DNA of 64,000 bases from Octopus vulgaris (Eukaryota). Location of the stretch: positions 31,930,001 through 31,994,000 of the forward strand of contig OX597819.1 in NCBI GenBank assembly GCA_951406725.2, given 5' to 3'. Positions 44,061 through 57,912 of the stretch are shown in pieces. The notes under the pieces are model-generated. The model did no database searches. It had not been told where the DNA came from and was given only the letters and a program-made list of their open reading frames with translations. Positions within the stretch are counted from its first letter, which is position 1. The number at the start of each line of letters is the position of its first letter. The translations under genes and the position numbers were made by a program.

Positions 44061-44519
44061 GTATGTATATTTGTACTAGGTTTCATTTGTCGTCCGGCTT
44101 CGTAGAAGTTGGCCCTTGGGTGCTTTTAGCGGGGTCCCTTCCGTTGCAAGCATTCAAGCTAGCTCTCTGTGTTTGGGGATACCTTTCCACCTTATCACCA
44201 GTTTCGAAACCTCTTCAAAGATTTATGGACTCTCTCCTGACCAAGTGACAGAAAATATCAACATGGATAATCTAGCTCTTAGTGGCTGCAAATCAGACGT
44301 GGTCAGAGAGAAGAGGTAAGAGAGAACGAGAGAGAGAGGGGGGAGAGATAGCGAGAGAGTGTATGTGTGTGTGAGATAGAGATAGAGAGCAGAAAGGGTG
44401 AGAGAGTAAGGGGAGGCATGAGAGAATGGGAGTAGAAGAGATGGGAAAGAAGGAGAGTGGATAGAGGGTAGAATGGGAGAGAGCGTAGAAAGGGATTTTC
44501 AGAACATAATCTGAGGCTT

Positions 44520-44680
44520 CATGAAGCAGGGGACCACACATGTGAGGACTTGAAAATAAGTGCGTAGAGGAAAGAGGATCAGTCAGGTCCAAAAAGTAAA
44601 GGTCGTTGTAGTAGCGGTAGAAAAGGCCGAAGGAGGAGAGAGTATGACTGCACCAGAGGTTAAGGAGTATTGATATATGA
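44520..44680 (-). mobile_element. Possible LINE C-terminal remnant
   Basis: SSFGLFYRYYNDL resembles the VASLSLFYRYY motif of CR1/Jockey-group LINEs. Confidence 0.35.
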
Positions 44681-45197
44681 TATGATGTTCAATAAGTCTG
44701 AGAATGAAAGAGAGAGAGAAAGAGAGAGAGGGCGAGGGAGATAGAGAAGGAGTGAGTGAGAGAGAGAGAGAGGGAGGAAGAGGGAGAGAGACAGCGATAG
44801 GGAGTATCAGTCAGAGAAACAGACAGAGAGTGGTGTTGTCACTTGGGCTGTAGGCCAATAAAATTAATATGGAAGTGCGGATTTCACATGTCTAGCCTCG
44901 TTAACTGACATCTGCAGTTTTTTAACTACTCATACTACCACCCCAAACACACACACACACATATACATACATGCACTCGTACACATGCATGCATACGTAC
45001 TTACATGCATATATACATACAGCTATATTAGGTTAATTGAGTAAAAGCCCCGAAGGCGTACGCATTTGCATATTAATTTTAGTTGTCAATTATACTTTCT
45101 TTTCTACGTTTCTATCTGTCCTTCTAGCCGTTTCCCCCCTCTCTATCACTCTCCACCTCTCTCTCTCACACAGACAAATTCATATACTGTACACGAG

Positions 45198-45258
<61 letters not shown>

Positions 45259-45289
45259 CATGTATATATATATATATATATGTATATAT

Positions 45290-45427
<138 letters not shown>

Positions 45428-45622
45428 TATGTTACACACATATATAGGTATATATTAATGTATTATATATAATCTTCTGCTGACCTCAGTTATTGAACTG
45501 CAGCTGTACCAGGTTACCACTCTTCAATGCATTTAATCAATTTTATTCACCCCAGTACTCTGGTATTCATTTTATAGAAAGTCTGTCCAATTGCTAGGTT
45601 CATTGATATATTGAGTTGCGTA

Positions 45623-45700
<78 letters not shown>

Positions 45701-46174
45701 CATTGATAGATAGACAGACAGGCAGACTAACAGACAGATAGACAGACAGACAGAGAGATAGATAGATATAGATAGATAGACAGATAGATAAATAGATACA
45801 TTGATAGATAAATATACGCATCGTTATGATTCACTACTACGACAAGTTACTGAATCCATTTATAAGAGTCCGCTCAGTAAGTCTGAATAAGGTATTACCA
45901 AATTGCGATACGTAGGTTCTGGACGTATGCCAAACACATTCGTTTCAGTTGTTTATACTGAACACAAAATCCACACGCGGGCGCATCCGCTCACACAGAA
46001 ACACAGTTGTACTCAATTCAACATGGTACATACAGATTGCTGAACCGACAGAGCGGCTAGAGTGTCGGCTAAAACATATTGAAATATTCGTTCCACTTTT
46101 CAATGTTCTGAATTCAAATCCCATTAACGCCAACTCCAGGAGTCAATAAAGAACTAGTGGTGGATTTTGCGGTA

Positions 46175-46700
46175 TTGTTTAGAGCGTCAGAGGAAATGCT
46201 TTGCGGTATTTGTTCCCGGCGAGCTGGCAGAAGCGTTAGCACGCCGGGCGAAATTCTTAGCGGTATTTCGTCTGCCGTTACGTTCTGGGTTCAAATTCCG
46301 CCGAGGTCGACTTTGCCTTTCATCCTTTCGGGGTCGATTAAATAAGTACCAGTTACGCACTGGGGTCGATATAATCGAATTAATCCGTTTGTCTGTCCTT
46401 GTTTGCCCTCTCGGTGTTTAGCCCCTTGTGGGTAATAAAGAAATAGGTATTTGTTCCCGGCGAGCTGGCAGAAGCGTTAGCACGCCAGGCGAAATTCTTA
46501 GCGGTATTTGGTCTGCCGTTACGTTCTGGGTTCAAATTCCGCCGCGGTCGACTTTGCCTTTCATCCTTTCGGGGTCGATTAAATAAGTACCAGTTACGCA
46601 CTGGGGTCGATATAATCGAATTAATCCGTTTGTCTGTCCTTGTTTGCCCTCTCTGTGTTTAGCCCCTTGTAGGTAATAAAGAAATAGGTGTTTGTTCTCG
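46175..46700 (+). mobile_element. Two full SINE-B1 units inserted in an older SINE-B-related head
   Basis: GGTATTTGTTCCC at 46205 and 46446, degenerate at 46687; period 241 bp. Confidence 0.9.
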
Positions 46701-47216
46701 ATATTTGCATTGTTAGTTGGATTTCTACCGAGGTGACAATAGTCAAGAATACAGGAGCACATCATGCACCCTACAATTAGGCTCCGTGAATACATTTGCT
46801 GAGACTTTCATCCAGCGGTCGATTGACAACAACTGAATGGATAAGTCCTGGCAATGTCAAGTTTCTTTGACTTCGTGGTAAATATTGATAAAATAGGAAA
46901 CATGACATGGAAAAGGTATTTTACTCACAAAACATAAAAAAAGCTGTTATATTCATTTTTTTCTTTGTTTTTAAAGAATCAAAATATTTGTTGGACATCT
47001 TTGACTTTATCCTTGTCTTACTTCCATTGAAACTGTCTGAAACATAATAAATAGTTAGTTATAACACCCAGGGCTTTTTTTTTATTGAACTTACGGACAT
47101 ATGGCTCAATTATGTTAATGCTGATTGACTTTGATCTCCTGTCTTTGGTAATCGATTAGTCATCGTTAGTAACTTTCATGTTCCATACTTCTGTCTGTTT
47201 TCAACTGTGTCTATGC

Positions 47217-47272
<56 letters not shown>

Positions 47273-47309
47273 TGTTTCTTTTTCCTGTGCTTCTGTTCTT
47301 CATATGGAT

Positions 47310-47550
47310 ATACTCTTTTCTCTTTTACTTGTTTCAGTCATGTGACAATGGCCATGCTGAAGCACGGCCTTTAATCGAGCAAATCGACCCCAGGACTTAT
47401 TCTTTGTAAGCCAAGTACTTATTCTATCGGCGTCTTTTGCCGAACCGCTAAGTTACGGGGGCGTTAACACACCAGCATCGGTTGTCAAGCGATGTTGTGG
47501 GGACAAACACAGACACACAAACATACACACCCACACACATACATACATAC

Positions 47551-47600
<50 letters not shown>

Positions 47601-47770
47601 ACATATGACGGGTTTCTTTCGATTTCCGTTTACCAAATCCACTCACAAGGCTTTGGTCGGCCCGAGGCTATAGTAGAAGACACTTGCCCAAGGTGCCACG
47701 CAGAGGGACTGAACCCAGAATCATGTGGTTCATAAGCAAACCACTTACCACACAGCCACTCCTACGCCTA
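47310..47770 (-). mobile_element. SINE-A, full length
   Basis: Complete head and tail. Confidence 0.9.
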
Positions 47771-48935
47771 TGTATAACCTTTCACTATATTCAATATAAA
47801 ATATGCTTATACATATCTGTTTTGTTGTACAGGAGGAGGGAAGGAGGAATTACAACCGTGTTTCGTGGTCTGCTACCACAACAGCTCCTTTATAGGATCC
47901 AGTTAGCTCAAGACATCATCAGGAGGAACCACATCCGGTTTCGGCCCCTACTGCTCTACCGTTTTGACGTGGCGCCCCCCTCCCCTTTCGGAGGTGTCTT
48001 CAGCTCTGGTGTTGGGTGCATGTCTTCTTTCTTCTGTTCCCTGGCCTCTTCGATGTATCGTCAGCGAGTGTCAGCCGGTGACTGACTGTCTCGTCAAATT
48101 TTCTATTTAAATACAGGATCTTACTACGTAGATAAATTTCTATTTTTAATGTGTTGTTACAAAAAGCAGAAGCACAAGCTAATCTAAAATAATATAGAAA
48201 AACATACAGCTTATCTATCCATATAAACTTGGAGACACACACAGAGGTCTATAACACGGACATACATATATACACAGTAATTCACTGATAAATGGGATTA
48301 TGAACATGATTGTGAATAATAGTAGTTTCTTTTTCGGCTGGTTTGATCTACCGAATCTTCACCCATACTACGATATTTATGTTTTAAATAAGTTGCCGCA
48401 CCTTCAAGGGGGTTGACGTTCCTCATGGTACCTTAAATGTTATGTTTTATTTCTAGCTTTGGAGTTATTATGTAGGTTTGTGGCATTCATCTTGCAATTA
48501 TTTTTACAATTTTCGTTTCCAAAAATACAAGAGAATAGCCTGTTGCAATATTCAGCGTTAGTTTCTAGGACTATAGCTCTAAAGAACACATACATACATA
48601 CATGCATACATACATACATACATACATACATACAGACAGACAGACAGACAGACACACACACACACATACATACATACATACATACATACATACATACATA
48701 CATACATACATACATACATACATACATACATGCATGCATACATAACTGTCCATGTGCATAGCTAGAATTTTCAGAAAAATCAATCAACTGACTCGCACAT
48801 TATAAGTACAATCTTTAAGTGGAACAGTAAAAGTATGCGAGATTTTTCTCAGGTTTAAAATGTGACTTGTTTTCGTTATCTACATTCCAACGTGGGCCTT
48901 TGTATTTTTATTAGAAACTAGCTCCTTCTTTAGAG

Positions 48936-48997
<62 letters not shown>

Positions 48998-49339
48998 TTA
49001 TATACAAATATTTATAGATTCACACACGTGTGAGCGCGTTAGTGCAAAAGAAGGGAGAGGAAATAGTGTTCGAGCTTCAAATGTGGCATTTTATTGAAGA
49101 TGAAAAAAAAAAAAATTCACTAACTGTTACTCCGAGTTTCACGGAACTGATGATCAACTTCCAGAACTTCCAGAACAGTTCAATATTGTATAATTAGTTA
49201 TAAATCGTGAAGTATTAATTATTTGGTAAATTATCAAATAAACATTTAAAACTGATTGGCCTTGAGATTATGGTATTTTTTGTGTTGTAACCATTATCGA
49301 CACATATTCAATGTATTTGATTTGCTTGTTTGATTTATA

Positions 49340-49710
49340 AGGCGGCGAGCTGGCAGAAACGTTAGCATACCGGGCGAAATGCTTAGCGGTATTTCGTCTG
49401 CCGTTACGTTCTGAGTTCAAATTCCGCCGTGGTCGAGTGTGCCTTTTATCCTTTCGGGGTCGATAAATTAAGTACCAGTTACGCACTGGGGTCGATATAA
49501 TCGACTTAATCCGTTTGTCTGTCCTTGTTTGTCCTCTCTGTGTTTAGCCCCTTGTGGGTAGTAAAGAAATAGGTATTTCGTCTGCTGTTAGGTTCTGAGT
49601 TCAAATTCCGCCGAGGTCGACTTTGCCTTTCATCCTTTCGGGGTCGATAAATTAAGTTCCAATTACTGTCTCTGTGTTTAGCCCCTTGTGGGTAGTAAAC
49701 AAATAGGTTT
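49340..49710 (+). mobile_element. SINE-B1 dimer
   Basis: Junction GAAATA|GGTATTTCGTC at 49571/49572. Confidence 0.9.
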
Positions 49711-49974
49711 GCTTGTTTGCTTATTTATATATTGTCAAGAAGTGGCTATTCGGTTCACATCCAGTTCGGTTCAGCTATGTGATGTTGACAAGCCACAAAA
49801 ATGACGAAACATCGATATCCATAGCTCCTGAATGGAATTTTGTGACTTTCGGGTGTTTTAACAGCCGGCGCTTTGAGGAAGGGATCTCCACCGTGTTAGA
49901 TGGCATCCTATCGGCAACAAATTTCATTTTCTATATTGAGTATGTGTGGTCGATAATATATATATATATATTCT

Positions 49975-50170
49975 TTCTTTCTTGTCGTTCTTTTACTTGT
50001 TTCAGTCATTTGATTGCAACCATGCTGGAGCATCGCCTTCAAGGGTTCTTTAGTCAAAGAAATCAATCCCAGGGCTTATACTTTGTAAGCGTAGTACTTA
50101 TTCTATCGGTTTCTTTTACCGAACCGATAAGTTACAGTTCTTTTACCGGTTTCTTTTACCGAACCGATAG
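49975..50170 (-). mobile_element. SINE-A 3' fragment
   Basis: Tail motifs. Confidence 0.75.
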
Positions 50171-50512
50171 AACAACGAAATTTATCAAAGTGTAGTACAA
50201 CTGTTTAGTATTTTTCAAAACTGTAGTAAATCCCACATACCTCAGTTTTCCCAAAATATTTCTGGATGAAAATATACATGCATGAAGTTACGGTTTTATG
50301 TACCCAACAAAGCAGTATTCTTAAGATGAAACTGTTGCTAATCAAAACGAAATGGAATGGTGAAACTATTTTTTCGTTTTCTGTAAAAGCAACGTTTTGG
50401 ACTTACGATACTTTTGCATAATAGCAACGATGTACATACATACATACATACATACATACATACATACATACATACATACATACATACATACATACACACG
50501 TACATACATATG

Positions 50513-50602
50513 TCTACTATACACCATTTTAAATTCGTAATTACCTGTGTACGTTTGTAAATGTGTGTGTTTCAGTGTGTGTGTGTGTATGTATGTGTGT
50601 GT

Positions 50603-50693
<91 letters not shown>

Positions 50694-51238
50694 TGCGTTT
50701 GTGTGTGTGTGTGTGTGTGTTTGTATGTACGTGACGTCCTATAACTGTCTGTTTCTTTACTTTTGAAATGTTCAAATTATGTCAAAATTTTCAAATTTGT
50801 TATATTGAAATAATTGTCCACGTTAAATCCGATTTTGTTATTTATTTGTTCGAGAAAAATTGCAGAAAAATGTTACAAAGATTTAAAAGTTTAATCAATT
50901 TTACCTAATCCGAAAACAGGATTTGGAAGCTGGCATTTTCTGCATGATAGCTGCCTATCACCAAATGAAAGCAAAATCATTACGAGGAAGAATTTTTAAT
51001 TAAACAAATGAAAGTAAAACATTACAACTACTAAAGTTATAAGAACTTCTGAAGTTTTAACGAATAAAGTCATGTGAAACCTCGAACAGACATGTAAACA
51101 ATTTAAAAAAGGATACAAATCCTCAATGAAGTGTTTTTGCAAAAAATTACACAAATCTGTTCTGATCAAGAGGCCTATCTGTCGGGGAAGAATTGCTCTG
51201 ACACGGAATTCCCCGGCAACGACGGGCTATTCTGCTAG
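50513..51238 (+). mobile_element. Non-autonomous Helitron in (TACA)n
   Basis: 5' TCTACTATA; 3' ccccggcaacgacggg hairpin plus CTAG|T. Confidence 0.7.
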
Positions 51239-51263
51239 TACATACATATATACACCCACACAC

Positions 51264-51322
<59 letters not shown>

Positions 51323-51409
51323 AGGAATTTTAGCTCAATATATTAGAAGTTTATTTATACCTATATTCGTTTCCAGATACATCATTAAGTATGTGTGTCT
51401 ATTTATCTA

Positions 51410-51489
<80 letters not shown>

Positions 51490-51524
51490 TGTGTGTATGT
51501 GCGTGTGAGTACATATATACACCT

Positions 51525-51568
<44 letters not shown>

Positions 51569-51739
51569 AGCTACAGTACCACGTTTGAGCAATGTTTTTA
51601 TTATTCTCCTATTCTCCTATAACTACTTAAAAATCACACAGAAAAATGTGACTAGAATAACAAATCTCATTTTTGTTTTCAATAAGATATAGATTATATA
51701 ATCCATATTCCAGCGATATCTTCCTGTGTTTCCCCCAAC

Positions 51740-51807
<68 letters not shown>

Positions 51808-51812
51808 CCTAC

Positions 51813-51851
<39 letters not shown>

Positions 51852-51872
51852 CCTACCTTCATATATACACGC

Positions 51873-51933
<61 letters not shown>

Positions 51934-52454
51934 ACATACATACTTACATATGTATGCGTGTATTTGTATGTGCGTGTGTATTGGCAAGCATCAAACAACC
52001 AGAAGTGTTTATATATTTATTAAATATAATTTATATAGCATGTGCTACATAGATTAGATGTAATTCGATATTATATTTATCAGTACGATCTCCATGTCGT
52101 CTAATATATATGATATCTAATGCAACATAAGATGTAATAAATCTAAAATATCAAATATAGATTCACTGTGTATATTTTCGTGTTGTATTTATGACTTTCA
52201 TCACACTACAAGGCAATATTTCCTATATGTATATATATATATTATATATATAAATAATACGATTCTACAACTGATATATAATCCTCTATATGCTACTTGT
52301 AGGTTAATACTTTATCTGGTCTAACAAAATTGCTACTTCTTTTGGATTTCGGATATATATATATATATATATAAAATTATATATATATATATATACACAC
52401 ACACACATACACACGCGCGCACATGCATACACACCCACATCCACATCTATACAT

Positions 52455-52790
52455 AAGAGAAAAGAAATGATAACGAATAAATGCTTATCTTATGAACTTC
52501 ATTAGCTTCTGGCTGTTTCTGCTGCACACGAAGTGCAACTTATAAAATGAATTGCACCTCATCTTTGAGGCTCCGATGAAGCCTTGGTGTTACTCAAGCA
52601 CTCGCCTATGAATCCGCTGCCTCTTACTGGAGAAACAGATGTAAGCTAATGAAGCTGTAAGCTAATGAAGATAATCGTTTATTCTTTTATCATTTCATTT
52701 TTTTATTACCGCTCTGTAATCGACAAATGCTTCATTCTGAAGCATGTGTATATTGAGTTGTAATCCAGGTTATTAGTCTCGCAATACCTA
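52455..52790. mobile_element. PLE-type inverted terminal repeat pair
   Basis: Imperfect inverted arms 52461-52520 and 52631-52702. Confidence 0.55.
52569..52647 (+). ncRNA. Hammerhead-like motif, CCGAUGA core
   Basis: GGCT CCGATGA ...long stem II... GAAAC AGAT GTA AGCT. Confidence 0.45.
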
Positions 52791-52809
52791 TATATACGAA
52801 TATATACAG

Positions 52810-53892
52810 AGGGAGAATTCACAGTAAAAACAAAAGACGAAAACAGGTGGTGTAGACAACAAACAGATGTATTAGTTTAATGCTCGGGAAGTGAAAATGT
52901 CTTTAACGTTTCTAGCCTACGCTCTTCCACAGAAAGGAACACAGAAAGAAACTAGGAGAGAAAATAAAGAATGTGTAGTGGCTAGCGATCTATCAAGGCG
53001 AATGCCGGACAGAGGGGTCCCACAGGAGAGCTAGGAAGAAGGGGAGATAATAAAGTAGTGGTGATCCCAAAGCGAAGGTGCGCGTGCGCATGTATAAGAG
53101 AGCATGTATGCGCGTGTGGAAGAGGGCTGGTGACCTTCACGTGTGCGTGTGTGTATGTGTAGGTGTGTGGATGTGGGGCTGGGAAGTGGTCAGTGCTATT
53201 GTGTGCGTGGTGGTGTGATGTGATGTGATATGGTGTTGTGTGGTATGGTGGTGTATGGTGTAGTGGTGTGTGGTGTGGTGTGATGGTGTTGGGAGGTGGA
53301 CGAGGCGAAAATAGGGAAAGCAAGGGTGGGGTGTGGGTTAGGCTGAGGGTAGGGTAGAGGTGGGGTATGTGGGTAGGTTGAAGGTGGGGGTAGAGGTGAT
53401 GGGAGTGGGTGTAAGTGATGGGGTGGGTGTGGGTTGGTGTGGCTAGGGAAAGTGTGGTTGGATTGTGTTGGGTAGGTTTACGATGGAGGGGTGACGAGGA
53501 ATGGAGCGGGGGAAAGAGAAGGTGGGTAAGAGTGAAGAGAAGCGAGAACGAGAGTAGGAGTGAAGAGAAGAAGTAAGAGTCGGAGCAAGAGAGGCGAGGA
53601 GGGTGGGAGGAAGCACTGTCCACTTCCCAGCCCCAGATCCACACCTACTTCTCCCACCCTAAGCACACCACGCTTTCCATCCCCTATTCCCAAATTCTCC
53701 GTCTACGCATGACTTTGAGACTCAGTCTCAACTCATGGCTCGCCACTTCATCCTACGCGTAGTCAACGAACAGGTTCGCATTCTCGTTCCCATGGCCACT
53801 CCCGAGATTTGCAGGTAAAAATCACCAGCGAACGAGAAGTAGTTGAGTGAGAGGACAAATTCGGCCAGACGAACGAGTGTGGATGTGTCCGT
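52810..53892 (-). mobile_element. Rearranged Neptune-type Penelope-like element
   Basis: - strand TLVRLAEFVLSLNYFSFAGDFYLQISGVAMGTRM..ANLFV (53760-53892); + strand SHPKHTTLSIPYSQILRLR..DFETQSQLMARHFI (53652-53752); terminal repeat at 52810-53000. Confidence 0.8.
52901..52936 (-). ncRNA. Minimal hammerhead-like motif, CUGUGGA core variant
   Basis: CTTT CTGTGGA A GAGC gtag GCTA GAAAC GTT AAAG. Confidence 0.5.
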
Positions 53893-54224
53893 TAAAAATC
53901 AATAAAAAATTCGATTGTCTCCACCATGTTCTGGTATTCACCAGCCGTATGATCCAGCCATGATTTCCTATCTTCCTACTGGGAACTGTAACGCGTGTAT
54001 TTTCTTATATATTACATGACGTCGGGGCAATATGCAATATATATTTAAATATTTATCGTATTATATATTGTCTGCTTTTATTCTCGTGTGTCTTTTCGCT
54101 TTCGTATTTAGCATATCTCAATATTCTATTGCATTAAATCTTTAGTTACTCAGTTTTTGAAAAGTATTTTCTCTATATTGAAAAGTATTTTCTCTATATT
54201 TTACCGTAACATCTCTAAGACATT

Positions 54225-54256
54225 TATCTTTCTTTCTTTCTTTCTTTCTTTCTGTC

Positions 54257-54307
<51 letters not shown>

Positions 54308-54414
54308 GTTTCTTTCTTTCTTTGTTTGTTTGTTTGTTTGTTTCTTTCTGTCTGTCTGTCTGTCTGTCTGTCTCTGTCTGTCTCTGTCTCTGCCTGCCTG
54401 CCTGCCTGCCTGCC

Positions 54415-54467
<53 letters not shown>

Positions 54468-54510
54468 GCCAGTCTGTCTGTCTCTGTCTGTCTGTCTGTC
54501 TGTCTCTCTC
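54225..54510. repeat. Compound (TTTC)n/(TTTG)n/(TGTC)n/(TGCC)n array
   Basis: Direct inspection. Confidence 0.95.
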
Positions 54511-54654
54511 CCTTCTCTTCTAAACAAACAAACATTCATACAAACATTCATATTAAATTGTATAGAAAGAAGATAAATCTAAAGTTGTTAGATTAAAGCA
54601 AGTAATATCTATGCTGTGAACAGTAAACAAATGCGAATGCATTTTTCGCATGGA

Positions 54655-54698
<44 letters not shown>

Positions 54699-55020
54699 TA
54701 GTGATATGCGTGTGTGTATATGCATATATATACACACACACATATACACAGGTTAACATATAAACGTATGCGAATAGTTCTATGGCTTATAGCTGGTGCG
54801 TATACAGGTATGTTTATATAAGAATATGAACAGTTATATAGGAAACCTATATAACTGTTCGTTACATGTATTAATCATGTAAATGGATGTTTATAAAAAG
54901 ATAAATATAAATGGTTATATATGTTATATTAAATATATATACATGCATATATATGTGTGTGTGTATATATATATGCATGTGTATATATATGCATGTGTGT
55001 GTGTATATATATGCATATAA

Positions 55021-55250
55021 GGCGGCGAGCTGGCAGAAACGTTAGCGCGCCAGGCGAAATGCTTAGCGGTATTTCGTCTGTTGTTACGTTCTGAGTTCAA
55101 ATTCCGCCGAGGTCAACTTTGCCTTTCATCCTTTCGGGGTCGATAAATAAAGTACCAGTTTCGCACTGGGGTCGATGTAATCGACTTAATCCCTTTGTCT
55201 GTCCTTGTTTGTCCCCTCTATGTTTAGCCCCTTGTGGGCAGTAAAGAAAT
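55021..55250 (+). mobile_element. SINE-B1, full-length monomer
   Basis: ggcggcgagctggcagaaacg...agtaaagaaata; in a TA-rich microsatellite. Confidence 0.9.
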
Positions 55251-55294
55251 ATATATATATGCATGTGGGTGTATATATATAAATATATATATAT

Positions 55295-55398
55295 ATTCCT
55301 TCATTCTTTTATTCTTTTACTTGTTTCAGTCATTTGACTACGGCTATGCTGGAGCACCGCCCCCAGTCGAACAAATCGACGCAGGACTTATTCTTTTT
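55295..55398 (-). mobile_element. SINE-A 3' fragment
   Basis: Tail motifs. Confidence 0.75.
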
Positions 55399-55729
55399 CG
55401 AGACGAGCGACAGTTTGTCGCTGGAGAAAGCAAATTGTATTTTGCGAGTGGAATGAGTTTTCATGACTAGCTGGTGATTAACACACGCTGGGGACGGGTA
55501 ACCACCTAGAAACTCAAATCCATGTGTAGCACGTAAGGCTAGAGATGGGAGCGATGACCTCTCCTCGCAAATACTAATCAGACACAGAGTGTGCGCCGTT
55601 AGCAAGCTGGAAGAGATGTCTTCATGGGCTATAAACGTCAGTAGCACTTTCCTGTATCGGACGCCACACTTGGTTGGCTATTATATGTTACGATTCCGTA
55701 TTGCTACTGTTTACATCTCGCTTAGATAT

Positions 55730-56745
55730 TTAATATAATATAATACAATATAATATAATATAGTATATAATATAATATAGTATAATATAATATAATATAA
55801 TATAGTATATAATATAATATAGTATAATATAATATAATATAATATAATATAATATAATATAATATAGTATAATATAATATGGTATAATATAATATAATAT
55901 AATACAGTATAATATAATATAATATAGTATAATAAAATATAATATGAAATAGTATAATATATAATATATTATAATATAATATAATATAATATAATATAGT
56001 ATAATATAATATAATATAGTATAATATAATATGATATAATACGGTATAATATAATATAATATAATATAGTATAATATAATATAATATGATATAATATAAT
56101 ATAATATAATATAATATAGTAAAATATAATATAATATAATATAGTATAATATAATATAATACAACATAATATAATATAATATAATATAACAGAATAATAT
56201 AATATAATATAGTATGATATAATATGATATAATATAGTATATTATGATATAATATAATATAGTATAATATAATATAATATAATATAATATAATATAGTAT
56301 AATATAATATAATATAATATAATATAGTATAATATAATATAATATAATATAATATAATATAATATAGTATAATATAATATAGTATAATATAATATAATAT
56401 GGTATAATATAATATAATATGGTATAATATAATATAATATAATATAATATGACATAATATAGTTTAATATAATATAGTATAATATAATATAATATAGTAT
56501 AATATAATATAATATAATATAATATAATATGATATAATATAACATAATATAATATAATATAGCATAATATAATATAATATAATATAATATAATATAATAT
56601 AATATAATATATTATAATATAATATAGTATAATATAATGTAATATAATATGATATAATATAATATGATATAATATAATATAATATAATATAGCATAATAT
56701 AATATAATATATAATGCAATATAATGTAATATAGTATAATATAAT
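55730..56745. repeat. About 1-kb (AATAT)n pentanucleotide array
   Basis: AATAT with AGTAT/GATAT variants. Confidence 0.95.
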
Positions 56746-56746
56746 G

Positions 56747-57365
56747 TGGACTCGCGGTAGTGGGATCGTGAGTTCGAATCTCAGACCGGGCGGTGTGTGT
56801 GTTTATGAGCAAAATACTTAAGCTACACGGTGCTCCAGCAGAAGGTAATGGCGAACTTCTGCTGACTCTTTCGCCACGACTTTCTCTCACTCTTTCCTCT
56901 TGCATTTTGCAGGTCACCAGCAACGGACCGGTGTCCCGTACAGGTGGGAAACCTATACGCCAAGGAAACCGGGAAACCAGCTTTTATGAGCCAGACGTGG
57001 CTCGAGAAGGAACAAACAACTGGCCCTCCTAAAAAATGGAACAATATAATATAATATTATATATGTGGAGGCGCAATGGCCCAGTGGTTAGGGCAGCGGA
57101 GTCGCGGTCGGAGGATCGTGGTTCCGATTCCCGTTGTGTGTGTTTATTGAGCGAAAACACCCAAAGCTTCACGAGGCTCCGGCAGGTGGTGGTGGCGACC
57201 CCTATTGTACTCTTTCGCCACAACTTTCTCTAACTCTTTCTTCCTGTTTCTTGAGTAACGCTGCGATGGACTGGCGTCCCGTCCAGCCGGGGGGATCACA
57301 TACGCCACAGAAAGCGGGAAACCGGGCCCATGAGCCTGGATAGGCTTGAAAAGGGCGCATAAATA
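56747..57365 (+). mobile_element. Two SINE-C copies (tail T2)
   Basis: 56747-57035 and 57066-57365; tRNA head ggaggcgcaatggcccagtggttagggcagcg. Confidence 0.8.
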
Positions 57366-57764
57366 ATAAAATGATATAATATACTGGCCGGAACCTATCA
57401 AAGTTATATGTATATATATAACTTTGTATATATATAACTTTGATAGTATATATATATAGTATATATATATATATATATATATGAAGCATGCATGATAAAC
57501 ATTGTAATATAGCTGTGTATATATGCTTCTCTGCACACATATGTACGCTGGTGCACATACTCGTACACATGCACGTACACGAACAGGCTAAAAAACGCAT
57601 GCACACTTAAATGTGTATGCACAAATTATGTATGTCTGTACGCATACATATTTTTAGATCTATCAGAACGTATTCCGTGAATGTATGATATATATGAATA
57701 GATAATTTTCTGTAGCCGTATCCTCCAAACCGTTGTTGGTTTTCATTTCCACACTGCTTTGTAC

Positions 57765-57912
57765 CACCACCGCCACCACCGCCACCACCACCACCACCGC
57801 AGCCACCACCACTGCCACCACCACTGCCACACCACCACCGCCGCCGCCGCCGCCACCACTACCGCCGCCGCCGCCTCCACCACCACCACCGCCTCCACCA
57901 CCACCACCACCG
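57765..57912. repeat. (CCA)n/(CCG)n array
   Basis: Direct inspection. Confidence 0.9.

Noticed and set aside
44063-44322. Possible exon ending in GAG|GTAAGA
   Set aside because: The donor-like site lies at the start of a GA-rich tract; the peptide is unrecognised and there is no acceptor
52982-53644. 220-aa His/Pro/Thr-rich ORF
   Set aside because: Low-complexity 3' region of the PLE; no domain
55730-56545. 271-aa YYIIL-repeat ORF
   Set aside because: Translation of (ATATT)n
57066-57140. tRNA-like sequences (also 60871-60945, 31538-31610)
   Set aside because: SINE heads continuing into SINE bodies; no complete cloverleaf or terminator
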